64,000 bases of DNA from a bacterium (GTDB lineage: Bacteria; Patescibacteriota; Microgenomatia; Levybacterales; UBA12049): positions 8,022-72,021 of the forward strand of contig JAKALS010000005.1 in NCBI GenBank assembly GCA_021813145.1, read 5' to 3'. Below the pieces are notes generated by a model, which saw only the letters and a list, made by a program, of their open reading frames with translations, searched no databases and was not told the origin of the DNA. The position numbers and the translations under genes were made by a program. Shown piece after piece: positions 1-10,603 of the stretch (positions are counted from its first letter, which is position 1; each line of letters opens with the position of its first letter).

Positions 1-735
1 ATGCATAAGGAGCTTTTGCAGGGTGTAAGAGGAGATACAAAATCGCCAGGAGATTTTAGAACGTCACAAAATTGGGTGGGAGGAGTTAGTATTAACACTG
101 CCGCCTATGTTCCCCCTCCACATAATTATGTAATTGATTTAATGGGAAATATTGAAGATTATCTTCATGACAAGTCGCCTGTTCCAATACTAATAAAAAC
201 CGGATTAGTGCACGCACAGTTTGAAACGATCCACCCATTTTTAGACGGCAATGGAAGGATGGGAAGATTGTTAATCACATATTACTTATGTGAACAAGGG
301 ATACTAAGAGAACCTCTTCTTTATCTTTCTGATTTTTTTAAACGCAATAAGGGCCTTTATTATGATAAATTAACAGATTTTCGCAGGAGCGATGATATAG
401 AAGGGTGGTTAAAGTTCTTTCTCGAAGGTGTGATTGAAACATCTCAAAATGCCGTTGAAACAGCAAGAAAAATTATCAAGTTAAGAGAAGAGTCTTATGC
501 AAAAATATCTACTATGGGAGGGTCATCTGAAAAAGCGATGATTCTACTTAAAAGATTGTTCCAAATACCAATGGTTAGAGTAAAAGATGTTGAAACGATT
601 GTAGATTTAAAGAATCCGAACGCCTTAGCTCTGGTTTCCAAATTTGTTGCAAAAGGAATACTTAAAGAAATTACCGGCAAGCAGAGGAATAGGGTTTATT
701 CGTTTGTCGATTATATAGATATCTTTAATTCCTGA
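1..735 (+). CDS. Fic family protein, probably 5'-truncated by the window edge
   Basis: Fic motif HPFLDGNGRMGR; C-terminal wHTH-like tail. Confidence 0.92.
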   Translation: MHKELLQGVRGDTKSPGDFRTSQNWVGGVSINTAAYVPPPHNYVIDLMGNIEDYLHDKSPVPILIKTGLVHAQFETIHPFLDGNGRMGRLLITYYLCEQGILREPLLYLSDFFKRNKGLYYDKLTDFRRSDDIEGWLKFFLEGVIETSQNAVETARKIIKLREESYAKISTMGGSSEKAMILLKRLFQIPMVRVKDVETIVDLKNPNALALVSKFVAKGILKEITGKQRNRVYSFVDYIDIFNS

Positions 736-808
736 TAAAATAGTTTCTAATATCGTACAGACCAGAGAGCAAATTAGCCCTGCTACCCAGAATAAGACAG
801 AATTTTTA

Positions 809-857
809 TTGACAAACGTTAATAATGCTGATAATATATGAATATATGTTCATATAT
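809..857 (+). promoter_or_regulatory. Sigma70-type promoter with ArsR/SmtB-type inverted-repeat operator
   Basis: TTGACA 809-814, 17 bp, TAATAT 832-837; ATATATGAA(834-842)-N6-TTCATATAT(849-857) perfect IR over the arsR start. Confidence 0.75.
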
Positions 858-1172
858 AAGAGGTGCAGCTGCAAGGTTAATCCCGGAAAATACGATTTCA
901 CCGATAAACAGGTTTTAGGTTTGGAAGAAAAGCTAAAGCTTTTGGGAGTTAAGGCAAGGCTTGAGCTTCTTTTAATGCTAAAGGAGGGTCCCCATTGCGT
1001 CTGCGATTTAATGACTCATACCAATCTTTCCCAAAGTCTTATTTCGCACCACCTCTCGGATTTGGCCTCGGCCGGTTTTATACAAAGCAAAAAAGAGGGA
1101 AAGTTCGTAGAATATGAATTAACAGACAAGGGAGAAAAATTAATAAATACGTTAAGGGAATTAGATGATTAA
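846..1172 (+). CDS. arsR: ArsR/SmtB family transcriptional repressor
   Basis: HCVCDL metal box, SQSLISHHLSDL helix; start moved to ATG 846, downstream of the promoter (ORF track starts at 825). Confidence 0.88.
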   Translation: MFIYKRCSCKVNPGKYDFTDKQVLGLEEKLKLLGVKARLELLLMLKEGPHCVCDLMTHTNLSQSLISHHLSDLASAGFIQSKKEGKFVEYELTDKGEKLINTLRELDD

Positions 1173-1416
1173 AATGAAAATACAAGTCTTAGGGTCAGGA
1201 TGCGCAAACTGCAGGAGACTTTTTGAAATGACAACGGAAATCGTCAGGGAATTAAATCTTGAAGCAAGCGTTGATTATATTACCGACGTTTCAAAAATTG
1301 TTGAACTGGGAATAATGTCTAGTCCTGTTTTGACAGTGAACGGGAAACCCGTGATGATAGGTTTTGTCCCCAACAAAGAGAAAATAAAAGATTTGATAGT
1401 CAAAGAATTGAATTAA
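1165..1416 (+). CDS. Small redox-active disulfide (thioredoxin-like) protein
   Basis: IQVLGSGCANC CxxC; IMSSPVL cis-Pro motif; ars operon context. Confidence 0.88.
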   Translation: MIKMKIQVLGSGCANCRRLFEMTTEIVRELNLEASVDYITDVSKIVELGIMSSPVLTVNGKPVMIGFVPNKEKIKDLIVKELN

Positions 1417-1423
1417 TTTAGTT

Positions 1424-2392
1424 ATGGATCCTTTTTTCCCGGTGCAATTATTGGCGGATTTTGTGGCTTATAACCTTTTTCATTTGGGTAAGACAAGCCT
1501 TTTGGGAAATGCTCTTAATTTTTTTATCTACGACAGCATAAAAATTCTTATTCTTCTTTTGGTAATTATATTTTTGGTTTCTTATCTTAGGTCTTTTTTG
1601 TCTCCCGAGAAGACAAGAAAATTCCTTACGAAAAAATTCACTATTTTCGGAAATATTCTTGCCGCTTGCTTTGGCATCATCACACCTTTTTGCTCTTGTT
1701 CGGCAGTGCCTTTATTTATCGGTTTTGTTGAAAGCGGAGTTCCTTTGGGGGTTACCTTTTCCTACCTGATCTCGGCTCCGATGGTAAACGAAGTTGCGGT
1801 AATACTCTTGTTCGGCCTTTTCGGGCTTCCTGTTGCGCTTTTATACGCTTTTTCGGGAGTGACAATAGCTGTTATTGTCGGGTATGTGATGGGGAAGATG
1901 CATCTTGAGCCTCTGGTTGAGGATTATGTCTGGAAGATAAAAGGGGGAAATTTATCCGAAGAGAACAAATTAACAAAAAAAGAAAGAATAAACCAAGCTT
2001 ACCTGTATACTTTGGATTTAATTAAAAAAGTTTATCCTTATGTTTTGTTGGGTGTCGGAATAGGGGCATTGATACACGGATATGCCCCGTCGAATGCGTT
2101 GACAAAAATTGCCGGAAGGGGAAATATTCTGGCCGTTCCTGTTGCGGTATTGATCGGAGTCCCCCTGTACTCCAATTCCGCGGGCACAATACCTATTGTC
2201 CAGGCTTTAATTTCGAAAGGCCTTCCCCTAGGAACGGCCCTTGCCTTTATGATGTCCGTAACTGCTCTTTCTTTTCCCGAAATGGTGATCTTACGAAAAG
2301 TATTGAAACCAAAACTTTTGGGAATTTATATAGCAATACTAACATTAGGAATTATATTTACGGGGTATCTGTTTAACATTGTAATAAGATGA
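1424..2392 (+). CDS. arsP: ArsP-type permease (DUF318)
   Basis: [17 protein letters not shown] and ALSFPEM motifs; multiple TM helices. Confidence 0.85.
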   Translation: MDPFFPVQLLADFVAYNLFHLGKTSLLGNALNFFIYDSIKILILLLVIIFLVSYLRSFLSPEKTRKFLTKKFTIFGNILAACFGIITPFCSCSAVPLFIGFVESGVPLGVTFSYLISAPMVNEVAVILLFGLFGLPVALLYAFSGVTIAVIVGYVMGKMHLEPLVEDYVWKIKGGNLSEENKLTKKERINQAYLYTLDLIKKVYPYVLLGVGIGALIHGYAPSNALTKIAGRGNILAVPVAVLIGVPLYSNSAGTIPIVQALISKGLPLGTALAFMMSVTALSFPEMVILRKVLKPKLLGIYIAILTLGIIFTGYLFNIVIR

Positions 2393-3591
2393 AACAAAAG
2401 CCGAGTTTAATAGAAATTATAAAAACAAGTTTGTTTATAGGAATCACGGGTTACGGGGGACCCGCGATTCTGGCCCAAATGAAAAAACATTTGGTAGAAA
2501 AAAACTGTTGGATAACAGAAGAAGAATTTATGAATACCTTAAGCCTTTCGCAGATTCTTCCCGGCTCAACTGGGGTAACTTTAATGGGATATTTCGGTTA
2601 TAAATTAAGGGGGATTTTGGGATGGATTATCCTCCCCGGTCTGTATATTCTCCCCGCATTTATTTTTACTACAATTTTGGCCCAAATATATTTTGAGTAT
2701 CATTCGTTAACCATAATTCAGAAATTCTTCATGGGTCTTGGGGCTTTGGTTGTTGCACTTTTGATTAACGCAATTTTAATGCTTGGAAAGTCAGTATTCG
2801 GAAAACTCGATAATAGAGACTATAAGGGATTTAGCGTTGCCATTGTTACCTTTTTACTCTCGGCATTTTCAGGCATAAACGTAATACTTATTATTTTACT
2901 CGCAGGTGTTCTGGGATTTTTATTTTATTTTTTTACCCATGAATATGAAGGAGCAAAACTGCATTCACACGATAAACTTCATATAAATACGCTACAAAAA
3001 TATTCCGTAGATATAAAACTTGTTTATCTTTTGATATTTCTAATCATTGCCTCTTTAGTTTTATGGTTTAGCCATTCGGTTATTTGGACACTATCGTCAA
3101 CATTTTTCCAGATAGGACTTTTTGCATTCGGTGGGGGGTTCGGCTCTATACCTCTAATCAATAGTATTGTCGTCAACGGATTTCATTGGCTAACTCTTCT
3201 CCAGTTTAGAGACGGAATTGCAATAGGTCAGATTACCCCAGGCCCGGTTTTTATTACCGCTGCATTCATAGGCTACAAAGTTTACGGATGGATTGGTGCA
3301 TTCTTTGCAACCATTGCAATTTTTCTTCCGTCACTTTTATTTATTATCTTATTGGGACAATTCCACGAAAAAATAAAACATTTAAAAGCGGTTAAAGTTT
3401 TGGTTAAGGGGTTCCAGGCGGGGTTTATAGGAATTATAGCAGCGGTTGCTTTGCAGTTTGGAGAAAAATCGCTTATTAACTGGCAGACCTGGGCAATATT
3501 TTTAGCAGCTCTTTTTGTTTTGATTAAACTTAAAAAAGATGTTATCTGGGTAATTTTAGGGACAGCTGTTGTGTCGCTGTTCTTATTTTAG
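2389..3591 (+). CDS. chrA: Chromate efflux transporter, long two-domain form
   Basis: GYGGP...SQILPG and FGGG...GQITPGP repeated halves. Confidence 0.88.
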   Translation: MKQKPSLIEIIKTSLFIGITGYGGPAILAQMKKHLVEKNCWITEEEFMNTLSLSQILPGSTGVTLMGYFGYKLRGILGWIILPGLYILPAFIFTTILAQIYFEYHSLTIIQKFFMGLGALVVALLINAILMLGKSVFGKLDNRDYKGFSVAIVTFLLSAFSGINVILIILLAGVLGFLFYFFTHEYEGAKLHSHDKLHINTLQKYSVDIKLVYLLIFLIIASLVLWFSHSVIWTLSSTFFQIGLFAFGGGFGSIPLINSIVVNGFHWLTLLQFRDGIAIGQITPGPVFITAAFIGYKVYGWIGAFFATIAIFLPSLLFIILLGQFHEKIKHLKAVKVLVKGFQAGFIGIIAAVALQFGEKSLINWQTWAIFLAALFVLIKLKKDVIWVILGTAVVSLFLF

Positions 3592-3682
3592 GTGACAATA
3601 TTTTATTGAAATAAGTTCTATCCCCTTGATCGTATTCAGCGTAAACCATTTCGCTTCTGATATAATGTCTTCTATCAAAAAT

Positions 3683-4231
3683 ATGTCGAAAATTAATTTT
3701 GAAACAAAACTTTACAAAATTAGAGATTGGACAATTCTTTGGCTTCCTCAGCAAGCAAGCGCAAAACTTCCTACCCGTGCCATAACAATGGTTTCGGGGA
3801 CTATAAACGGAGTTCCTTTTAAGGCGCTGCTCGAGCCGGACGGAAAGTATTCGCCCGATAAGAAGCCCAGCCACTGGTTTAGGCCCGACAAAAATTTGCT
3901 TGAAAAAGCCAAAGCTTCGGCAGGGGACACCGTTCGGGTTTCGCTTGAGCCGACCAAGGAATGGGTAGAACCCGAGGTCCCCAAAGATATAAAAAAAGCC
4001 CTGTCCACTTCAAAAAAAGCGGAGGAACTTTGGAATGACATAACACCGAGTGCCCGGTGGGATTGGATCCGTTGGGTCAGGGCCGTAAAAACGGAGGAGA
4101 CCAGGGAAAAACATCTCGGGGTAATGCTGGATAAACTAAATAAAGGCATGAGAAGGCCATGCTGTTTTAACAGAAATTTATGCAGTGAGCCCTATGTCTC
4201 CCATAACTGGGCTCTCCTAGACCCCTCTTGA
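3683..4231 (+). CDS. YdeI/OmpD-associated (DUF1905) family protein
   Basis: VSGTINGVPF, GDTVRVSLEP, WIRWVRAVKTEETREK patterns. Confidence 0.75.
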   Translation: MSKINFETKLYKIRDWTILWLPQQASAKLPTRAITMVSGTINGVPFKALLEPDGKYSPDKKPSHWFRPDKNLLEKAKASAGDTVRVSLEPTKEWVEPEVPKDIKKALSTSKKAEELWNDITPSARWDWIRWVRAVKTEETREKHLGVMLDKLNKGMRRPCCFNRNLCSEPYVSHNWALLDPS

Positions 4232-4261
4232 CGCTATATCGTGAAGTGATATAATAACTTC

Positions 4262-4537
4262 ATGAAGAGTTTTAAAAAATATTTTTTTCTAACTTTAATT
4301 TTATCATTCATTCTTTTGGGAATAATTTTTATAAATCAATATTTCGTTCTAAAAAAAGCCCACAGTTCGTTTGAAAATTATTATGCTTTCAGGGGGTGTG
4401 TCTCTTTGATAAAAAGAACTGCCGGTTACGGGACTTGTAAATTGCAAAACGGCCGGCAGATAAAACTTGTCAAATTTCAGAACAAATGGTATCTAGACAA
4501 TGATTTGCCTTTGTGTTTATTCGGAAAATGCTTCTGA
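4262..4537 (+). CDS. Small hypothetical membrane-anchored protein with 4 Cys
   Basis: N-terminal TM; TATAAT just upstream of ATG. Confidence 0.65.
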   Translation: MKSFKKYFFLTLILSFILLGIIFINQYFVLKKAHSSFENYYAFRGCVSLIKRTAGYGTCKLQNGRQIKLVKFQNKWYLDNDLPLCLFGKCF

Positions 4538-4577
4538 ATCGGTTGACAAAATCCCTCTTGTCTGAAAGCATTAAATA

Positions 4578-5561
4578 GTGGACAAATTAAAAATATTAAG
4601 AAATATTATTTTAATAATTTTTCTTCTTCTTGCGGTTAAAGTTTTATATCCCCATATCTCCGATATCCAAAAACTTTATGCCGCCAAAAACTCGCTTAAT
4701 TATTTTTGGATAGTAATTGCTATTCTTTCACAACTTAGCCAATACGTAGAAGACGGAATTTTTACGAAATTGATGTTTAAGCTTGTAAACTTCAGGATAA
4801 AAATCAAGGATACGGTAAGAGTGGCTTCTTTAGATGTTTTTGCAACACGTCTTTTCCCCGTAGGTCAATTGGGTCCTTTAGCTGCCACTTTTTATTTTTA
4901 TCACAAATTCGGAATAGACTACGATGCCATAATTTTCCTTAATTTTTTATACAGCGTTGCCGGAATTTCCCTAATGGTACTGCTTTTGCTTATTTCTTTG
5001 CCTACAATACCTTTTTCTACTTTTGAAATTCCCGTCCATCTTTATCTTTTCATAACTGTCGTTATTATGGTTTTAATATCTTTTACTGTGCTTTTTCTTT
5101 TAATAAGGGTAAAGGATTTTCATAAAAAAATTTTTTTCTATTTCAGTAAATTTGAATGGTTTAAAAAAGTTGAACAAATCCTCGGAAAAGTAGAAACTTA
5201 TAAAAATTTATTCAAGAATCATAAATTCAGATTTATCGGATACTCGTTCGGAAAAAATTTATTCTATTACCTTGCGGATATAGTCACTTTGGAAGCTTGT
5301 TTTTTGGCGTTTCATGTAGAGCCGCATATCTCATTAATAATATTTGCCTATATAATTTCTCAGGTTGCCGGGGCCCTGACGCTTTTGCCCGCAGGATTAG
5401 GTTCTACCGATGCAACTCTTGGAATAGTATTTCTCTCTACAAATATCAATCCGGGAATTTCGGTTACGGTTATTATCCTTTACAGACTTATATCTTTAAT
5501 TCTTCCTTTCCCGTTAGGTATTTTATCTTATTATTCGCTGAAAAAAGAATTTAAAAGTTAA
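4578..5561 (+). CDS. Lysylphosphatidylglycerol synthase TM-domain (UPF0104, flippase-like) protein
   Basis: Multi-TM; LLPAGLGSTD and ILYRLIS motifs. Confidence 0.75.
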   Translation: MDKLKILRNIILIIFLLLAVKVLYPHISDIQKLYAAKNSLNYFWIVIAILSQLSQYVEDGIFTKLMFKLVNFRIKIKDTVRVASLDVFATRLFPVGQLGPLAATFYFYHKFGIDYDAIIFLNFLYSVAGISLMVLLLLISLPTIPFSTFEIPVHLYLFITVVIMVLISFTVLFLLIRVKDFHKKIFFYFSKFEWFKKVEQILGKVETYKNLFKNHKFRFIGYSFGKNLFYYLADIVTLEACFLAFHVEPHISLIIFAYIISQVAGALTLLPAGLGSTDATLGIVFLSTNINPGISVTVIILYRLISLILPFPLGILSYYSLKKEFKS

Positions 5562-6091
5562 GGTGAAATTTTAAAGTTCTGGTAACGGGGAAACCAGGAA
5601 ATTTGTTTTCCCGAACTATCGTAAATTCCTACATTCACAAAATAAGTTCCCGGGTTAAGAGTCGGCGGGGTATCCATAGAAATAGTTTTTGTTTCCGACG
5701 GATCAAGCGTAATGTTTGAAAATTTTTTGTCTGTAATCCTTTGGTTTTGTGAATTGGAAATAATAATATCCGCGGAGAAAGTTATTTGCACGGATGAATA
5801 GTTTTCCAAAGTTCCGTTAAAAGTGGAGGTTGAGCCCTTTTTAAAGTAATAGTCGGACATGGAGTTTTGCGTAAGCTGAACGTTTCCCTTTACCGTTGAG
5901 GTTTTTGAAAATGCGTTTGGCGAGGAGGGTGAAAAAGAACCGTAGGGAACGGCCGGAGAGGATTCCGATTTGAAAATATTAAAAATTTTTGCCCCGGATA
6001 TAATGACGGCAATTGCAAAAACTGCAATTCCGATTTTTAATATATTTTTATGGACAGGCAAAAGATATTTTTTAAAACCAGGCCTTTGCAT
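5558..6091 (-). CDS. Hypothetical membrane-anchored protein with Ig-like domain
   Basis: N-terminal TM; beta-rich C-terminus (LNPGTYFVNVGIYD). Confidence 0.65.
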   Translation of the reverse strand: MQRPGFKKYLLPVHKNILKIGIAVFAIAVIISGAKIFNIFKSESSPAVPYGSFSPSSPNAFSKTSTVKGNVQLTQNSMSDYYFKKGSTSTFNGTLENYSSVQITFSADIIISNSQNQRITDKKFSNITLDPSETKTISMDTPPTLNPGTYFVNVGIYDSSGKQISWFPRYQNFKISP

Positions 6092-6097
6092 ACGGGA

Positions 6098-6151
6098 ATT
6101 GTAGAAAAAGGAAATTAAAATTGTTTAAAAAATCGGTAAGAAATTATGAAG
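6098..6151 (-). promoter_or_regulatory. Triple direct-repeat box plus -10 (copy 1)
   Basis: Minus strand CTTCA-N6-CTTAC-N6-TTTAA; TACAAT starts 37 nt after the central C; ATG 6 nt later. Confidence 0.55.
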
Positions 6152-6755
6152 CGGCGGAAAATATAGGCACGGCAACCAGGGGTCTGTACGGGACAGGTTC
6201 AAAACGGACATTAAAAGGAAGAGGTTCTTTTATGGGTTGTTTTTCCCTGGGAGAAAGAAATTTTACGACAAGATTTGCGTCCGGAGGAATATAAATCGCC
6301 GGAATTGTAATTTCCGGCTCAAGCGAATTAAGGATATTCTGAAGTCTTTGAGGATTTTGTCGCACACGCTCAAGAGTACTCGAAATTTGGTTCATTTTTC
6401 TTACGACTCCGTTTGTTTTTCCCGATTTAAATTCCGCCAAACCGCTTAATATAACCCCGTCCCTATAAGGCTTAAACCACATTGCATCCATTCTGCCTTC
6501 ATCCGGCATGTCAGATTTTCCAAAAGCCCAGTCTATATAGTGAGGGCCGAATAAAAAAGCATTCGGATACATATCCATTAAATATTCGAAACAGGCATCT
6601 TCGTATTCCTGTTGTCTGTTTTTGTTTTTGACCTCGATATCCATTCCTCTTGGAGTCCTGATATTTGGATAATAGATTATTTGCGGCAATGAGGGGTCCC
6701 TTTCAAAAGGCGTTTGGAGCATTTCGGCCACTATTCTTCGTCCAAATTCAATCAT
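6144..6755 (-). CDS. Hypothetical protein, possible PD-(D/E)xK nuclease fold
   Basis: E...GRMDAMWF...LAEFKSG spacing resembles the PD-(D/E)xK active site. Confidence 0.5.
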   Translation of the reverse strand: MIEFGRRIVAEMLQTPFERDPSLPQIIYYPNIRTPRGMDIEVKNKNRQQEYEDACFEYLMDMYPNAFLFGPHYIDWAFGKSDMPDEGRMDAMWFKPYRDGVILSGLAEFKSGKTNGVVRKMNQISSTLERVRQNPQRLQNILNSLEPEITIPAIYIPPDANLVVKFLSPREKQPIKEPLPFNVRFEPVPYRPLVAVPIFSAAS

Positions 6756-6851
6756 CCTTTTAACAAAATATTAACGGAGAAAAATTATTTTCACAAGAGG
6801 CAAATTGAAGCTGGACTTGTGATTAAGATTACAAAATTATAAAATCGGCTT

Positions 6852-7108
6852 ATGGAACTTGAGAAGGTGTCAAACATAGAATTTTCATTAAGCAAAAGAA
6901 CTAAGGAAGAGGTTTTGGAATGCTATCTATGTTACTTGTTTTTGCAGGAGGAGCGGGTTTTTTGGAGCAAATACAAAGACAAAATTATAATCCGGTTTTA
7001 ACAACAGCTTCGGTTGCGGCTTTTATAAGCGGTAGTATGATTAGTTTTTCCCCTATTGAGGAAAAATTTGAAGCGCCGCAGGATGGGGAAATATTTGACA
7101 ATTTTTAG
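6852..7108 (+). pseudogene. Small membrane protein, possibly frameshifted
   Basis: TAAAAT-6nt-ATG at 6852 opens a 49-aa frame; the hydrophobic 2-TM frame 6920-7108 is in another frame. Confidence 0.3.
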
Positions 7109-7131
7109 AAATAATGTCTATATTAGATTAG

Positions 7132-7629
7132 ATGAAAAAGTTCTTAAAAGAATGGGAATGGTTTTCATTTAAAGATTACAGGCATTTACCCGTTTTTATC
7201 GGTTTTATAGTTTTACTTTTGGGGCTCACTATAGCAATAACGCTTGCAACAAATGCTACCTCGGGAGGTCAGTCGGGAGCAAGTTACCAAAAATGCGTTC
7301 CTCTTCCTCCTTGCTACGCTTCAAACAGATGCCCTGAAATCATCAATTACAGAATTCCCAATATGAGATGGTGCCTTCCGAGCCCTACTCCGTCTATGTT
7401 CCCCGTACCTACGCCCGGGGTTTTTCCGACTCCCGGTCAAAGAGGTTGTTACTATGTGCAAGGAGTATGTCCTTTGACTGCATGTAGGCAGGGATATCCT
7501 TGTCCGACATGCCCGCCTAGGCTTATTTGTCCCAGCCCGGTACCGACTGCTACGCCGGTTATAAAACCGACCTTTACACCGGTTCCGGTCCATACACTTG
7601 TACCAAGGCCGAGGGTTAATCCCTATTAA
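7132..7629 (+). CDS. Cys/Pro-rich membrane-anchored surface protein
   Basis: One TM, then Cys clusters (CVPLPPC, CYYVQGVCPLTAC) and PTP linkers. Confidence 0.7.
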   Translation: MKKFLKEWEWFSFKDYRHLPVFIGFIVLLLGLTIAITLATNATSGGQSGASYQKCVPLPPCYASNRCPEIINYRIPNMRWCLPSPTPSMFPVPTPGVFPTPGQRGCYYVQGVCPLTACRQGYPCPTCPPRLICPSPVPTATPVIKPTFTPVPVHTLVPRPRVNPY

Positions 7630-7642
7630 TGCGTTTTCTTCG

Positions 7643-8296
7643 ATGAACAAAATTCAAGTAGTAAATAAAACTGCCGCTTATGCGAAGAAAACGCTTTCCG
7701 GAGAAAGTTCCGGGCACGACTGGTGGCATGTAAAAAGGGTATGGGAAACATCAAAACGTATAGGGAAAAAAGAAAAAGCGGATATGTTTGTCGTTGAGCT
7801 GGCAGCTCTTTTGCACGATATCGCAGATTATAAGCTAAACGGGGGGAATGAAGAAATAGGCCCAAAAACGGCAGCGGTATGGCTCAAAAGCCTTGGAGTT
7901 GACCGAGAAACTATAGAGCATATTACAAGGATAATAAGAGATTTAAGTTTTAAAGGGGCAAAAGTAAAAACAGAAATGGAGACAATTGAAGGGGAAGTTG
8001 TTCAGGACGCGGACAGGTTGGACGCTTTGGGGGCAATAGGAATAGCCAGGACTTTTGCATACGGAGGAAAAATGGGAAGGGAAATCTACGACCCGGGCAC
8101 AAGAGCTAAACTCCACAAAAGTTTTAAGGAATATAAAAACTCAAATGGGCCGACGATAAACCACTTCTATGAAAAACTACTTTTGCTTAAAGCCAGGATG
8201 AATACCAAAACTGCAAAAAAAATGGCCGGGGAAAGAGATAAATTTATGAGAGATTTTTTGAAAAGATTCTATAAAGAATGGGAGGGGAGAGTCTAG
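7643..8296 (+). CDS. HD-domain phosphohydrolase
   Basis: HDWWH, LLHDIAD, VQDADRLDALGAIG. Confidence 0.9.
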   Translation: MNKIQVVNKTAAYAKKTLSGESSGHDWWHVKRVWETSKRIGKKEKADMFVVELAALLHDIADYKLNGGNEEIGPKTAAVWLKSLGVDRETIEHITRIIRDLSFKGAKVKTEMETIEGEVVQDADRLDALGAIGIARTFAYGGKMGREIYDPGTRAKLHKSFKEYKNSNGPTINHFYEKLLLLKARMNTKTAKKMAGERDKFMRDFLKRFYKEWEGRV

Positions 8297-8329
8297 ATTT
8301 AGCCGCTTTTTTTCTGTTATAATTGTCGA

Positions 8330-9526
8330 ATGCCCTCGAAATCAGGAGCAAAAACCAAAGCAAAAAAAACCCCTAAAAGAGTAAAATCTGCCCAGGCCAC
8401 GGGGATTTTGACACATAGAATTTCCGTTTTTGCGACAGGGTTTTTAGCCGCCGCGATATTTATTATTGCCCTGTCTTTTGTTTTAGTCCGGATAAACCAG
8501 ACTTTTGCCGCAAATTTTGCAGACAATGTTTTAAGACCCGTTATCGGAAATACGGCAACAATAAAAATAGAATCTTTATTTTTTGGCGTAGAAGATAATG
8601 TAAATAAGGTAAAATATGCTCTTGTAAAGCCGACGCCCGTTTTATTTACACAGGTTTCGCGGGAAAAAAGTATATATGCCGATTATAGTAATTCTTTTAG
8701 CTTAAACAGGATAACCTCTCTTTCTTATTTTTCTCTTTTTCCGGGCGAAGGCCAATGGAGCCCCATCTATAACGGTTCTTCGGAAGCGTATATGGAAAAA
8801 ACATTCGTAAGACCTGATCCTCAAAGGCCGTATGCGGTGGTATCTCTGGTTAAAATGGACATGAGCCATTTAAGTATTAATGCCGTTGCGGGGACCCGGG
8901 AACCGGGTGGTACTCAGAATCCCGGGCCCGGAAAAGTCCCCGAGGTAGTGCAAAAGAGCAACGATCTTGTGGCCGCTTTTAATGGAGGTTTTCAGCAAAA
9001 AGACGGACATTACGGAATGATAGTAAACGGGAAAACTTACCTCCCTCTTAAAAAAGGATTGGCAACCCTCGTAATTTACAACGGATATAAACCCCAAATA
9101 GTCGATTATGAGGGACAAAGCCTCGGGCAGAATGTAGTTACAATAAGGCAGAATGGACCGATGCTCTTGGAGAATGGACAGGATGTGACTTCATCAAGCG
9201 CCTGGAATATGCAGACCTGGGGGTTAACAATCACAAACTCGATGTACACATGGCGTTCGGGAATAGGGGTAACAAAAAACGGAAATCTTATTTATGCCGT
9301 AGGACCCTCTCTTGTTCCCGAAACTCTGGCTGCCGCACTAAAAGCAGCAGGAGCGGTAGATGCAATGCAGCTTGATATAAACCCGGTCTGGGTAAGGTTT
9401 GTAGTTTTTACTCCCCTGGGTAACGGACAATACAACTATTATCCTCTGACAAAAGACATGACTAACGGAGGCTATCAGGATCTTACGGGTTATCAAAAAG
9501 ATTTCTTCTATCTTATCAAAAAATAA
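8330..9526 (+). CDS. Phosphodiester glycosidase (NAGPA-like) family, membrane anchored
   Basis: AFNGGF, GPMLLENG, WRSGIG, AMQLDIN motifs. Confidence 0.75.
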   Translation: MPSKSGAKTKAKKTPKRVKSAQATGILTHRISVFATGFLAAAIFIIALSFVLVRINQTFAANFADNVLRPVIGNTATIKIESLFFGVEDNVNKVKYALVKPTPVLFTQVSREKSIYADYSNSFSLNRITSLSYFSLFPGEGQWSPIYNGSSEAYMEKTFVRPDPQRPYAVVSLVKMDMSHLSINAVAGTREPGGTQNPGPGKVPEVVQKSNDLVAAFNGGFQQKDGHYGMIVNGKTYLPLKKGLATLVIYNGYKPQIVDYEGQSLGQNVVTIRQNGPMLLENGQDVTSSSAWNMQTWGLTITNSMYTWRSGIGVTKNGNLIYAVGPSLVPETLAAALKAAGAVDAMQLDINPVWVRFVVFTPLGNGQYNYYPLTKDMTNGGYQDLTGYQKDFFYLIKK

Positions 9527-9553
9527 ACCCTTGAAAACTAATGATATAATTTT

Positions 9554-10603
9554 GTGGTGAAAAAGACGGTAGGCTTGTTCATGCTGATCCTCTCTATTGT
9601 TGTAGTAGTAGAGACCCTCTATATTGCAAATAAGATTTATGTTGTAAAAAATATAGTTGCGGTAAAAACACCTTCCCCGACGCCTCTTATTGCATTCGAT
9701 TTTAATAATCTGAAAAAAACAAAATTTCCAAAGACTCAAATTATTTTTGGAAGGGTCATAAATCAAAATAACGAATATATCTCCCGGGTGTTTTATTATT
9801 CGGTTCCTAAAACTCCGGGAAGTACTGTTCTGGAAAAAGTTTCGGGACTCGCAAATATTCCCCAAAAACCCGGCACTTACCCGGTGATTATAATGTACAG
9901 GGGTTTTGTTCCGGATAATATTTATAAACCCGGAGTCGGTACCCAGCCGGTTGCAAGCGTCCTTGCTCAAAACGGGTATATTACTCTTGCCCCCGATTTT
10001 CTGGGATACGGGGAATCGGATATGCCATCAAAAGATCCTTTTGAAAACAGATTCCAAACGTACACCACCGCGGTAACCCTTCTGTCTTCAATTCCGACTT
10101 TAAACAAAGGATTGGACGCCAGCTATTCGGGACAGATAAAAGCGGATATGGGTAAAATAGGAATTTGGGGACACAGTAACGGAGGGCACATAGCATTGTC
10201 AACGCTCGAAATAACCGGCGTTAAATATCCAACGGTACTTTGGGCACCCGTATCTACATCTTTTCCTTATTCCATTCTCTATTATACCGATGAATCGCAG
10301 GATCAGGGCATGGCGCTTCGTAAAACTCTTGCAGGTTTTGAAGCTACATATAACACCAATTTATTTTCACCTACCAATTATTTAAATTGGATTAAAGCTC
10401 CAATTCTTGTAAACCAGGGAACTGCGGATGAAGAAGTCCCTTATTGGTGGTCTCAAAACCTGGTCTCACAGTTACAAAAAGACGGAGATTCGGCCAATCT
10501 GATAGAATATGACGGAGCGGACCATAATATGCTTCCTGAGGACGAATGGTCCCGGGCGGTAGGGAATACTCTAAATTTCTACAATAAGGCTTTTAATAAA
10601 TAG
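9554..10603 (+). CDS. Exported alpha/beta hydrolase (S9/esterase-like)
   Basis: GHSNGG nucleophile elbow, GTADEEV Asp, GADHN His. Confidence 0.85.
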   Translation: MVKKTVGLFMLILSIVVVVETLYIANKIYVVKNIVAVKTPSPTPLIAFDFNNLKKTKFPKTQIIFGRVINQNNEYISRVFYYSVPKTPGSTVLEKVSGLANIPQKPGTYPVIIMYRGFVPDNIYKPGVGTQPVASVLAQNGYITLAPDFLGYGESDMPSKDPFENRFQTYTTAVTLLSSIPTLNKGLDASYSGQIKADMGKIGIWGHSNGGHIALSTLEITGVKYPTVLWAPVSTSFPYSILYYTDESQDQGMALRKTLAGFEATYNTNLFSPTNYLNWIKAPILVNQGTADEEVPYWWSQNLVSQLQKDGDSANLIEYDGADHNMLPEDEWSRAVGNTLNFYNKAFNK

